From a virus, in the IMG/VR virus record IMGVR_UViG_3300011113_000747, positions 64,001 to 128,000 of that record: a stretch of DNA of 64,000 bases; one strand, 5' to 3'. The notes beneath the pieces are model-generated. The model was not told the DNA's origin and searched no databases. It worked only from the letters and a program-made list of their open reading frames with translations. A program made the position numbers and the translations under genes. Positions 25,926 to 34,809 of this stretch are shown one piece after another (the stretch's first letter is position 1; each line of letters opens with the position of its first letter).

Positions 25926-26792
25926 ATGAAAACTCTTATTATAGACGGAAATAACCTTGTTCATCGTTGTTTCTGGGTTGCAAACAACCAGACTAAAGGT
26001 GAAGACTCTTATCTCCATGTATATATGGTGCTTAACTCTGTTAAGACATATGTAGAGAAGTTCAAACCTGATAAAATTTACTGTTGCTGGGATGAGAAGA
26101 AAGATTACGGTGTAAACGAACGTAAAGAAATGTTCGCTGATTACAAAGGTAATCGTGATCGTGAATATAGTGCTCAAGTTCATGATAAAAACGAGCATAT
26201 TAAGCATTTACTTAGCTGTCTTGGGGTTAAAAACTTCTTCCCATTACGTTTAGAAGCAGATGATTGCATGGCTTTCCTTTGCAAAGAGCTTCCAGGTAAG
26301 AAAGTGGTGGTTACAGTTGATAAGGACCTTTGTCAGTGCATTGATACTAATGTTATTGTGTATGATCCTATTAGAAAGCAGGAGATTAATATTGATAACT
26401 TCTTAGATATAATGAAAGTTACTAAAGAGCATTATCTTATAGAGAAATGCTTTAGAGGTGATAAGTCTGATAATGTACCAGGTGTAACTGGGATGGGTAA
26501 AAAGAAGATTGAAAAGTTTTTCATTGGTGCTTATAGGACTACGAATGAGCAAGATGCTGAATTTAAAAGAAATTATGATCTCTTTAGACTTGATAGATAT
26601 ACCATGCATACAGATGAACATTCGTGGTATAAAGAGCAGGTAGACGTTGAACAAAAACATGATTTCAAACAATTTAAGTTGTATTGTGAAGATCTTAAAT
26701 TAGATTCTATTCTGAAAAAGCAAGATAGATGGTATGATATCTTCTGTTTTGGTAATGATTACCAGAGCTATCTCATGAATATGTTAAAATGA
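25926..26792 (+). CDS. rnh: T4-type RNase H / 5'-3' exonuclease
   Basis: IIDGNN, YKGNR, LEADD, TVDKDL, GDKSDNVPGV. Confidence 0.92.
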   Translation: MKTLIIDGNNLVHRCFWVANNQTKGEDSYLHVYMVLNSVKTYVEKFKPDKIYCCWDEKKDYGVNERKEMFADYKGNRDREYSAQVHDKNEHIKHLLSCLGVKNFFPLRLEADDCMAFLCKELPGKKVVVTVDKDLCQCIDTNVIVYDPIRKQEINIDNFLDIMKVTKEHYLIEKCFRGDKSDNVPGVTGMGKKKIEKFFIGAYRTTNEQDAEFKRNYDLFRLDRYTMHTDEHSWYKEQVDVEQKHDFKQFKLYCEDLKLDSILKKQDRWYDIFCFGNDYQSYLMNMLK

Positions 26793-27829
26793 TACTTCCT
26801 GAAGAATACATCATAGAAAAGTTTTATACTTACGGTTATCAACCTAAGCGTAACAAATACAATAAGACATATCAATGTGGGTGTCCTATTTGTCGTGAAG
26901 GTAAATCGTTAGGTATAAAACGTAGATGTTTTTATATACCTAAAAATAATAATATCTTCTGCCATAACTGTGGATGGAGCTCACCTCCACTTAAATGGAT
27001 TGAAAAGGTATCAGGACTCACATATGCTCAAATACTTGATGAAGCTAGTAAGTATGATACCACCAAAGTATACGACTTTAAAGATGTTGTAATCAAGAAA
27101 GAGTATGTAGCACCTACATTACCAACAGATTCAATTAATTTATTTGATAAAACTCAGGTAAAGTTTCATAAAGACAACGAAGTTGTGAGAGCATGCCTTA
27201 AACTTATCAAGGATAGACGTATTCATAAAGCTATCAATAAACCAAAAGCTCTTTATGTATCATTGAAAGATAAAACCCATAAAAATAGATTGGTTATTCC
27301 ATTCTATAATGAACATGGAGATATTGTTTTCTATCAATCTAGAACAGTACTACCTAGTATCAATGACATTAAGTCGAAATATACGTCTAAGGTAGGGAGC
27401 GATAAGTCTCTTTATGGTATTAACAATGTAAAAGATGATCTTAACTATGTTTTTCTATTTGAAGGTCCAATTAATGCAATGTTTACTAAGAATGGACTTG
27501 CAGTTGCTGGCATTTCAAAAGGAGAACATTTATTGACTCAAACTCAACAGGATCAACTTAAACGTTATCAGTTTTATAATCGTATTTGGGTGTTAGACTC
27601 CCAGTGGATTGATAATACATCGTTAGTTAAGACTGAAAAGTTACTCAAAAAAGGTGAAACGGTGTTTATTTGGCCAGCAAAGTATGGTAAAAAGCTGAAA
27701 GACTTCAACGATATAGCAATGAAGTATAATCTTGATGAGATTACACCAGAATTTGTTATTGAAAATAGTTTTACTGAATTAATGGGTATGGTAAAACTAG
27801 CAGAGATAAAAAAAGCGAGCAGAAAGTAA
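26789..27829 (+). CDS. gp61: DNA primase gp61
   Basis: Zn finger CPIC...CHNC, RLVIPF, YQSR, FEGPINA TOPRIM, KDFND. Confidence 0.92.
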   Translation: MILPEEYIIEKFYTYGYQPKRNKYNKTYQCGCPICREGKSLGIKRRCFYIPKNNNIFCHNCGWSSPPLKWIEKVSGLTYAQILDEASKYDTTKVYDFKDVVIKKEYVAPTLPTDSINLFDKTQVKFHKDNEVVRACLKLIKDRRIHKAINKPKALYVSLKDKTHKNRLVIPFYNEHGDIVFYQSRTVLPSINDIKSKYTSKVGSDKSLYGINNVKDDLNYVFLFEGPINAMFTKNGLAVAGISKGEHLLTQTQQDQLKRYQFYNRIWVLDSQWIDNTSLVKTEKLLKKGETVFIWPAKYGKKLKDFNDIAMKYNLDEITPEFVIENSFTELMGMVKLAEIKKASRK

Positions 27830-27844
27830 TCTGCTCGCTTTTTT
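27808..27844. terminator. Bidirectional Rho-independent terminator
   Basis: A-run/gcgagcaga-aagtaa-tctgctcgc/T-run between convergent genes. Confidence 0.88.
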
Positions 27845-27860
27845 ATTGTTATAATGTGAA

Positions 27861-28280
27861 TTAAACACCCTTGTACTTAGGATCTCTAGCTGTAGCAAGG
27901 TAACCTTGGAAAATTTGAGAAAGAGCTGCAAGGTCCATTGCTGAACGAGCAATTTTCTTGGTTTCAGTTGTACGAATTTTATCAAGAATGGTATCTGGTG
28001 TAGCATCCTTAAGTGTATTCTGGATAGATTTGCCTGTAGGTGAGTTAAGATATTTTACGAACTCATCAAGTTTAACGATCCATCCTTGTACTGTGCTAAT
28101 CATTTGCTGTTGCTGTTGAGCTACTGCAGTAGCAGCCTGCGCATCAATATCAGCACCAAGTGCTGCTGGATCTGTTTCAGCATCTAATGTTGCAGCCATT
28201 GCAGCCTCATCAGGTGTTGGTGTAACATCTTGCTCGTCTTGTTCAAGGAGTGTAAAGAATTTTTTTGTAAAGCTACTCAT
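27861..28280 (-). CDS. Hypothetical protein, putative internal head protein
   Basis: MSSFTKKFFTLLEQ; TAAATA 5 nt upstream. Confidence 0.7.
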   Translation of the reverse strand: MSSFTKKFFTLLEQDEQDVTPTPDEAAMAATLDAETDPAALGADIDAQAATAVAQQQQQMISTVQGWIVKLDEFVKYLNSPTGKSIQNTLKDATPDTILDKIRTTETKKIARSAMDLAALSQIFQGYLATARDPKYKGV

Positions 28281-28313
28281 ACTATTATTTATTGGAAGTG
28301 ATAAATATATTTA

Positions 28314-28643
28314 ATGATTAACGTAGGAGATCCATACTCTGTTACAAGAGCTCAACCACCTAAATTAGGTGACGATTACACAGCTGCTTATGACTTACTA
28401 AAACAAGAGCAAGAAGAAGCTGCGCAAGCTCCTCCTGAGCTACCTCACGAGTTGACTCAGATTTATTCTCAGATTGGTGAAATGGTTAACACCCTTAATA
28501 ATATTGCAGCTGTTTTAGAAAAAGGTGTAGGAGAAATTCCATTACTTAAAGGTAAGCGTATTGATAATCAAATTGATCAGATAATTAAGATTAGAGAAGA
28601 GTTATTCGAGTTGAATAATTCTCTCATTGATCTTAAATTATAA
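28314..28643 (+). CDS. Hypothetical late protein
   Basis: TAAATA (28302-07) 6 nt upstream; helical composition. Confidence 0.65.
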   Translation: MINVGDPYSVTRAQPPKLGDDYTAAYDLLKQEQEEAAQAPPELPHELTQIYSQIGEMVNTLNNIAAVLEKGVGEIPLLKGKRIDNQIDQIIKIREELFELNNSLIDLKL

Positions 28644-28644
28644 T

Positions 28645-29055
28645 ATGATCAAACAGGTTTTGCAAAGTTTTGCGATTGTAATCGTTATAAGCAGTATTTT
28701 TGGATACACTCTAGGTACGATTATGGGTGGTTGGCAACATGCATTTGTTTTTTCTATGCTTTTGCAGCTAATTGGTGGTTATTTTTACAATGATATTACA
28801 ATCCGTAGTGATTCACTTAAAAAAGAAAGCATTTTAAATGAAAGATTTGATATTCTTTCACGTAACATCGTATCATTTCCATGCCCTTGTGGTGGTAATA
28901 CATTTGAAGAGATAGTTTATCCAGGTGAAGATAATAACTTTGTTTGTGAGAAGTGTAATCAAGAAATTAGAGTAGATGTTTCGTTTACACCTATCGTAAT
29001 TACAAAACCTTTACTTTCTGATCCATTAGAAAAAATTAAAACACCTGTAGAATAA
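28645..29055 (+). CDS. Membrane protein, two TM segments plus zinc ribbon
   Basis: Hydrophobic FAIVIVISSIFGYTLG and FVFSMLLQLIGGYFY; CPCG...CEKC. Confidence 0.6.
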   Translation: MIKQVLQSFAIVIVISSIFGYTLGTIMGGWQHAFVFSMLLQLIGGYFYNDITIRSDSLKKESILNERFDILSRNIVSFPCPCGGNTFEEIVYPGEDNNFVCEKCNQEIRVDVSFTPIVITKPLLSDPLEKIKTPVE

Positions 29056-29082
29056 TTAGAGGAAATTTAGTATAATATTATT

Positions 29083-29337
29083 ATGAAAAAAGATAATATT
29101 TATATTTCAGTCAATACAAAGAGTGGTAAAGAACAAATGCATATTGATCATTATGCAAGGTGGCTTTGTTTGATTGAAGCAATCGATTATATCGATAAAA
29201 AGTGTGAGGATATGGGAACAGATATTGAAAGTGTTGATTGGGTCAAGCCAATTGCATTCCAAAAATACATCGATGAGCGTTTTCACTCAATGAAGCATGA
29301 TCTTAAGTACGAATACACAAATGGTCTATTAGAATAG
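29083..29337 (+). CDS. Hypothetical protein
   Basis: 84-aa ORF; TATAAT (29071-76) 6 nt before ATG. Confidence 0.65.
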   Translation: MKKDNIYISVNTKSGKEQMHIDHYARWLCLIEAIDYIDKKCEDMGTDIESVDWVKPIAFQKYIDERFHSMKHDLKYEYTNGLLE

Positions 29338-31515
29338 ACTTACTCTAATAGGTACATCAATTATTTCAGGGTTTAAATTAGCAACACCCGCATTAGGTAC
29401 ACCAGTTTGACCGAAAAGGTTATATCCCCATGAATATAATTCATTGGAATTACTTTTAGCAAGTACTGTTTTATTGATACCATTTTGTTCGTATGAAAAT
29501 ACTTCAAAATCAGTCCAAGTTACACCTTGTGGTCTAATAACCTGTTGTAAGGTATTTTGTTTTGTGACATTACCTTCACCTCTACCATCTATACCACCCT
29601 GCACAAATCCAGATACATAAATATCACCTGAACTAGTTAAAACAAACAGTGTAGCGTTGTTACCAATACCAACCATTTTAGCTTTTTCTACTCCAAAGAT
29701 ATTAGGTACTGGTGTAGTTGCGAGAGATTTATTCTGGTTATCACTGGTACCAAGAGCTCCATTACCATTATTACCCCAAACTCTAATCTCTTTAGAGCTA
29801 AGTACTGCACACACACTTACGTTGCCATTTCCAGTAGGGTCTCCATTTGTTGTAATGTATCTTACACCTGTAAGAGTTTGTGTACTTGATGAAACTGGAG
29901 TCCAAAAAGTCTGAAGAGTTTTAAAGCCTGGAACACCTAAGAAAGAACCGTTACCACATGCACCTTTACCATTATTACCACAAGACCAAACTTTACCCCC
30001 TGTTAAAATATATGAAGTAGAACCAGATGTATAAACATCATCGGCGGACATTTGTTCAGATACCAGCACAGGTAGTGTAACCGACTTTTTAGGGTTAACT
30101 TGAACAGAAGATAAAGCCCAAAGTGGTGAATCTCTGAATGTTGTGGTGTTGGTAGGGGGTCTACCTAAAGCAATATTATTACCTGTACCAGTTGTTGCTG
30201 CGCTAAGACCCAATTGACCAGCTCCGTTCCACCCAACTACATGTACACCGTTAGTTGTATCAATTGCAAGAGCATATCCAAGTGTATTTGAGTTTGAAGC
30301 AGTAATTTTGCGGAGTGAAACACCACCGATTGAACCTGGGGTGGCTACATTATTAATGCAAAGTGGCGTTCTAGTATTAATTAAATCACCTGTACCTAAT
30401 TGACCAATTTTATTTGATCCCCAAGCCCAAAGATTACCACCACTTATTGCATAAACAGAGCAATTAGTAGCACCTATATCATTACCTAAACTAATTGCAA
30501 GACTATCAATACCTGAAAGTGGTGATGTTGTTGGTCCTGAACCAGAAGGTATAACTGTAAATGTATTTCTTCTTGTGGTGTCGCCTAGACCTAACTGTCC
30601 TGCTGTATTATCACCTGCAGAATAAACATAACCTCTGTTGGTAAGTAAAAGAGTTGTTAACCCTGTGGTGCAAATATTAGTAACATATTCTGAAGTAAGA
30701 CCTGTTACAAATGAAACGGGAATTTGTGGAAAATTACCGTAAGCGTTTTGATAAAACCCCATACCACCGTTTTTTGTATTACCATATAAACCACTTGTTC
30801 TTATTTTCCTATCATTATCGTTTATAAATGTAACATTATTACCTGTATTACCTCTACCGTTATTATCGTCACCATTTATTAAAAAAGAAGATAATGGATT
30901 TAGTCTAGAACCAGGTTGTGCTGCTATTCTACTTTCAACATAACCTATAGTAGCAATCCTCGTACTAGGTTCTCCAACTGAAGGTGTTGAAGCTGAAATT
31001 CCACCTGTAAATGTACCACCAGAAAGTGGCATAAACTTACCATCTACATAACCTTTATTAATTAACTCTGTAGAATTAACAGGAGTTAAATTAGATGTTA
31101 TATTACCTGTGATGGTGCTACCAGTTAGTGCAACAAAATTTGCAAATACATAAGCTGGTGATACACTACTCACACTTATCACCGCAGCATCAACATATGA
31201 TTTACTAGCAGCTTTAGAACCTTCTGATAAATCACTTGAGAGGTAAATAAAGCAACTATTATTACCAAAAACATATAAGTTAGCACCAGTAAGAGCAGTT
31301 AGTGTACCAGTAAATGTATCACCTGATGCCTGCAAGTAACGTGTATCATTAGGTGTTAATAAACTACTTAAAATATTACTAGTTAGTGAACCGTAATCAG
31401 TTTTATATGATACTGATGATTCTCCATCTACCACATAGAAAAAATCTCCTGAAGTGTATGTACTTAATGATGAAAGTGTTGTGAGTTTAGTTCCTGGAAC
31501 GATATAGGTGCTCAT
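29329..31515 (-). CDS. Tail fibre / receptor-binding protein with RCC1-repeat beta-propeller
   Basis: Fibre repeats (L.SG.TFTG, K.YVD) then RCC1 repeats VYSAGDNTAGQLGLGD, LWAWGSNKIGQLGTGD, VWSCGNNGKG, LYSWGYNLFGQTG. Confidence 0.8.
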   Translation of the reverse strand: MSTYIVPGTKLTTLSSLSTYTSGDFFYVVDGESSVSYKTDYGSLTSNILSSLLTPNDTRYLQASGDTFTGTLTALTGANLYVFGNNSCFIYLSSDLSEGSKAASKSYVDAAVISVSSVSPAYVFANFVALTGSTITGNITSNLTPVNSTELINKGYVDGKFMPLSGGTFTGGISASTPSVGEPSTRIATIGYVESRIAAQPGSRLNPLSSFLINGDDNNGRGNTGNNVTFINDNDRKIRTSGLYGNTKNGGMGFYQNAYGNFPQIPVSFVTGLTSEYVTNICTTGLTTLLLTNRGYVYSAGDNTAGQLGLGDTTRRNTFTVIPSGSGPTTSPLSGIDSLAISLGNDIGATNCSVYAISGGNLWAWGSNKIGQLGTGDLINTRTPLCINNVATPGSIGGVSLRKITASNSNTLGYALAIDTTNGVHVVGWNGAGQLGLSAATTGTGNNIALGRPPTNTTTFRDSPLWALSSVQVNPKKSVTLPVLVSEQMSADDVYTSGSTSYILTGGKVWSCGNNGKGACGNGSFLGVPGFKTLQTFWTPVSSSTQTLTGVRYITTNGDPTGNGNVSVCAVLSSKEIRVWGNNGNGALGTSDNQNKSLATTPVPNIFGVEKAKMVGIGNNATLFVLTSSGDIYVSGFVQGGIDGRGEGNVTKQNTLQQVIRPQGVTWTDFEVFSYEQNGINKTVLAKSNSNELYSWGYNLFGQTGVPNAGVANLNPEIIDVPIRVSLF

Positions 31516-31527
31516 TTCTTAATATAT

Positions 31528-32316
31528 TTATGTGAGTAAGATATGTTCATCTTCAGTAGCAAATGCACTTAGAGATGAAATAGGTGTGATACCTGATTCT
31601 ACCAGAAGAGCAGTTATACCCACACTACTTGTTGTTGGAATATAGGTTGTGGGTGCAGAAGTTGAGCCTTCAATCTGAAAATTTTTAATTCTAAAAATTG
31701 TATTGTTGGATGCTGCAAATGATGTACCTGTAATAGGAAAACTACTAGAAATACCAACTTTATAAAAACTTGAATCTTGTATTGGTAAGGTTATGGGTAG
31801 TTCTAGAACTTGTGCATATGAATCATTATCATTAATTCTATGATCTATGTAAAGAGTTTGTCCAACATTACCTATTCTAAATCTTAACCATTGATAACTA
31901 TCAGTATTGGTTAAAAGAGTCATATTTGTATTGAGAGCTGATAAACTTTCATTATACAACAACTCAAAACCACTAAAACCACTTCTTATTGTTAATGAAT
32001 TGGGTTTTGCTGCAGTAATGTTAACTCCGGAGGTTCTATTACCAATACCAGATACAGCAAACAAACCCAACGTATCAAAACCGATACCTAAAACAGAACC
32101 TACAATACCATTCGTATTGGGGTTGTTATCATAACCCAAGAAAAAACCACTACCACCTACAGAATATGAAGTGCTAGAGGTTGAAACATAGGTAACAAAA
32201 CCACCTTGGTGTTGTGAAGTCACACCAGTGCTGGATAGTAGATATTTGAAAGACCAAACAATGTCGAAGTTTGGATTAGCACTTACAGTATTAAGAATGT
32301 TTGAAATTTTTGACAT
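31528..32316 (-). CDS. L-type (legume) lectin-like virion protein
   Basis: GGFV..., GGSG.FLGY, LGIGFDT pattern of ConA-like lectins. Confidence 0.6.
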   Translation of the reverse strand: MSKISNILNTVSANPNFDIVWSFKYLLSSTGVTSQHQGGFVTYVSTSSTSYSVGGSGFFLGYDNNPNTNGIVGSVLGIGFDTLGLFAVSGIGNRTSGVNITAAKPNSLTIRSGFSGFELLYNESLSALNTNMTLLTNTDSYQWLRFRIGNVGQTLYIDHRINDNDSYAQVLELPITLPIQDSSFYKVGISSSFPITGTSFAASNNTIFRIKNFQIEGSTSAPTTYIPTTSSVGITALLVESGITPISSLSAFATEDEHILLT

Positions 32317-32984
32317 TATGACGTGTAGATAAACACATTTGCATTACGTGTACCAGTAAGTGCACCATTAGAGTTTGTATTTGTAACTCTTACGAAAGTT
32401 GTAGTTTTGGTAGTATTGGTGGTTCCATTATCAGTACTATTGTCTGTTTTAATTTGTAATGTAGAGCCTGCACCTGAATTACCAAATACAACTGCGTACG
32501 CTGATGTAGAAAAAGCATTAGTGAAATTAACTATAAAATCACCCAATCCAGCAGCTGAAACACTACTTACATTATATGAACTGTTTATAGTTGCATTACC
32601 AGTAGTTGCAGTACCATCAAAATTTACCCACGCTTTAGGTGTAGCTGCGACAGGTACTACAGGAGTCCAACTAGTTAAATCATTTGTGTTTGTAGTTTTA
32701 ATAAATGCTGTGTAGTATTGATTGAAACCAGATTTGGTAGCATATACTAAATCACCTGTTAATGCCGTTGAAATACTGGTGGGTGATGTAACTTCGCCTA
32801 GGTATTTATTACCAGCTAAAACTCCACCTGATAATACACCATTACCGATGAATAGTCGGTTAGTATCTGTAGTAAATCCTGGTTCACCTAAGCTTAATAC
32901 AACATTCTGTCTATCAGAGTCTGTACCTCTTCTAAAAAGAAGCTTAGTAATGGTGTTTTCTAAAATTTCAATCTTGTTTGACAT
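32316..32984 (-). CDS. Short tail-fibre-like protein
   Basis: N-terminal RRG....L..GEPGFTTDT.RLFIG.G (Mtd-like) and C-terminal AWVNFDG...YNVSSV...GDFIVNF. Confidence 0.7.
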   Translation of the reverse strand: MSNKIEILENTITKLLFRRGTDSDRQNVVLSLGEPGFTTDTNRLFIGNGVLSGGVLAGNKYLGEVTSPTSISTALTGDLVYATKSGFNQYYTAFIKTTNTNDLTSWTPVVPVAATPKAWVNFDGTATTGNATINSSYNVSSVSAAGLGDFIVNFTNAFSTSAYAVVFGNSGAGSTLQIKTDNSTDNGTTNTTKTTTFVRVTNTNSNGALTGTRNANVFIYTS

Positions 32985-33002
32985 TTGAATTATTTAATTG
33001 GT

Positions 33003-34808
33003 TTAATTTAAATACAATACATTATCCGTAGTTAGTAACGGTACTAACGAAGTATTTGCAACATATGACGATTGTAACAAAGAACGCTGTAAATTATAAA
33101 GATTATAAAAACAACGATTAATTACACTGTTGTTCAACGGTTCATTTTCGTGGATAAAAAAGTCAGACTCATTTGTAATATCTAAGAAATCATAGTTTAA
33201 AAAATAATTTATACCTTTCAACGTTAAAGATGGTGTATATAATGAGTCTTCATAGGTAAGTTGGTTGTTGGTAAGTTCATATTTACCATAAAATGAACCA
33301 ACTAATTGATTTTTTAACCTGATAATGTTTTCAAATATTTTATATAATTCTTTGTTAATATAATTTGCTTGAAAATACTCACTTTTTCTGAGATTAATAT
33401 CACCTATCTCATAGTTAGCAAAATTCTTTGTTTTTAACAGATCCACAAAGGTGTTCGGTTCATTTAAAAAAATGAATCTATCGTTTTTAAGAAGTATTAT
33501 AAAATCGTAATTATTATTAGAACCCAAAAGAGTGCCGCCGAGATATTTGCCCGAATCTCCTTGTATTTTTAAGTTGGTATCAGAAAAAATACCAATTAAA
33601 TCACCAGGTTTGTTAACAAACATTTTGTATACATAGTTGGTACTTATAATGTAGTAAACATTTGAATCATTTTCACTAAACACGATTTTTTTAATTGTTT
33701 CATCTGTAGTGAATCTGATATTAAGTGGATAACTTGCTACTACATTAAAATCGTTTGAAAGGTAATAGAACGTATATACATCATTTACTTTTACCACACA
33801 TGCTAACAAATCATAAAATTTGTTATAACCAATACCAACAACTTCTTCGTTAACTCTTCTAAATACTTTTCTATAGTTAACCAAGTTTAAGTTAATATCG
33901 TAAGATTTAAAAAACCTGTCAGATTGTTGATATATGTAAATGTTATTTTTCGATGCAGTTAATAAATTAGGAAAATTAAACGTTGAAGGTTGGTTTCTAC
34001 CACCACCACTCTTGATTTCTATAGTAATTCTCTGCTTTGGAGCTGCTTGATCACCGCTATAAAAATTTACAATATTGTATTTTACGATAGAATTGTTGCC
34101 TTTATCTAGTACGAAAAGGAAATCACCTAAAATCTCCATCCCAACAATATCATTGTAGAGATAATCCCCCGATAAATCACTAATACATGATGTACATAAA
34201 GAAATACCACATGTTGATGTAACTGTATTACCTGTGATAGCAGTTATAATAGAGGATGTAGCAGCAAAAATAACATAGTTGTTGTTGATCTCATTCTCTT
34301 TGTAAGCTATAGAATTAACTTGGTTAAAATTATAACCAGACACGAATGTATTTGTAGTAAAACTACTAGGTGTGAATGTTATATCTTGAGGGATAACAGT
34401 TAAAGGTGTGGTTGGTGTGGTGGTGCCTATAAAATATGATAAACCTTTAGGTAAGTTACTATCATAGATAAAAAATCTCGAATACAAATAATTTGTATTT
34501 TCATAAAATTTTTTAAAATAACCATTAAGGTTATCTGCAGTCAAAAATTCCCCAGTTGGTACTATAAAATCTTGCTCATTATATACTAACATTGTTGTTT
34601 CATCAAGGGCTCTATCAAAAAGATAAGGAGATGTAAGAACATTATTGGTAAAATTATTTTGATTGCATAATGTTTCAGTAAAAGATTGTTTACCTTTATA
34701 TGGTGCACCACTTAATATTGTATAATAACCGGTATATGCCTGAGATTGGTAATTGAAAGCATCACCACTTGTATAACCAACTCTTAAATTTTTAAAATTA
34801 TCTAGCAT
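33003..34808 (-). CDS. Putative virion structural protein (possible beta-propeller)
   Basis: 601-aa N/Y/F-rich ORF in the fibre block; LFVLDKGNNSI NHL-like strand. Confidence 0.6.
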   Translation of the reverse strand: MLDNFKNLRVGYTSGDAFNYQSQAYTGYYTILSGAPYKGKQSFTETLCNQNNFTNNVLTSPYLFDRALDETTMLVYNEQDFIVPTGEFLTADNLNGYFKKFYENTNYLYSRFFIYDSNLPKGLSYFIGTTTPTTPLTVIPQDITFTPSSFTTNTFVSGYNFNQVNSIAYKENEINNNYVIFAATSSIITAITGNTVTSTCGISLCTSCISDLSGDYLYNDIVGMEILGDFLFVLDKGNNSIVKYNIVNFYSGDQAAPKQRITIEIKSGGGRNQPSTFNFPNLLTASKNNIYIYQQSDRFFKSYDINLNLVNYRKVFRRVNEEVVGIGYNKFYDLLACVVKVNDVYTFYYLSNDFNVVASYPLNIRFTTDETIKKIVFSENDSNVYYIISTNYVYKMFVNKPGDLIGIFSDTNLKIQGDSGKYLGGTLLGSNNNYDFIILLKNDRFIFLNEPNTFVDLLKTKNFANYEIGDINLRKSEYFQANYINKELYKIFENIIRLKNQLVGSFYGKYELTNNQLTYEDSLYTPSLTLKGINYFLNYDFLDITNESDFFIHENEPLNNSVINRCFYNLYNLQRSLLQSSYVANTSLVPLLTTDNVLYLN

Positions 34809-34809
34809 A

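Noticed and set aside
29083-29337. gp33 late co-activator
   Set aside because: Only faint resemblance (IEAIDYIDKKCEDMG); insufficient to call
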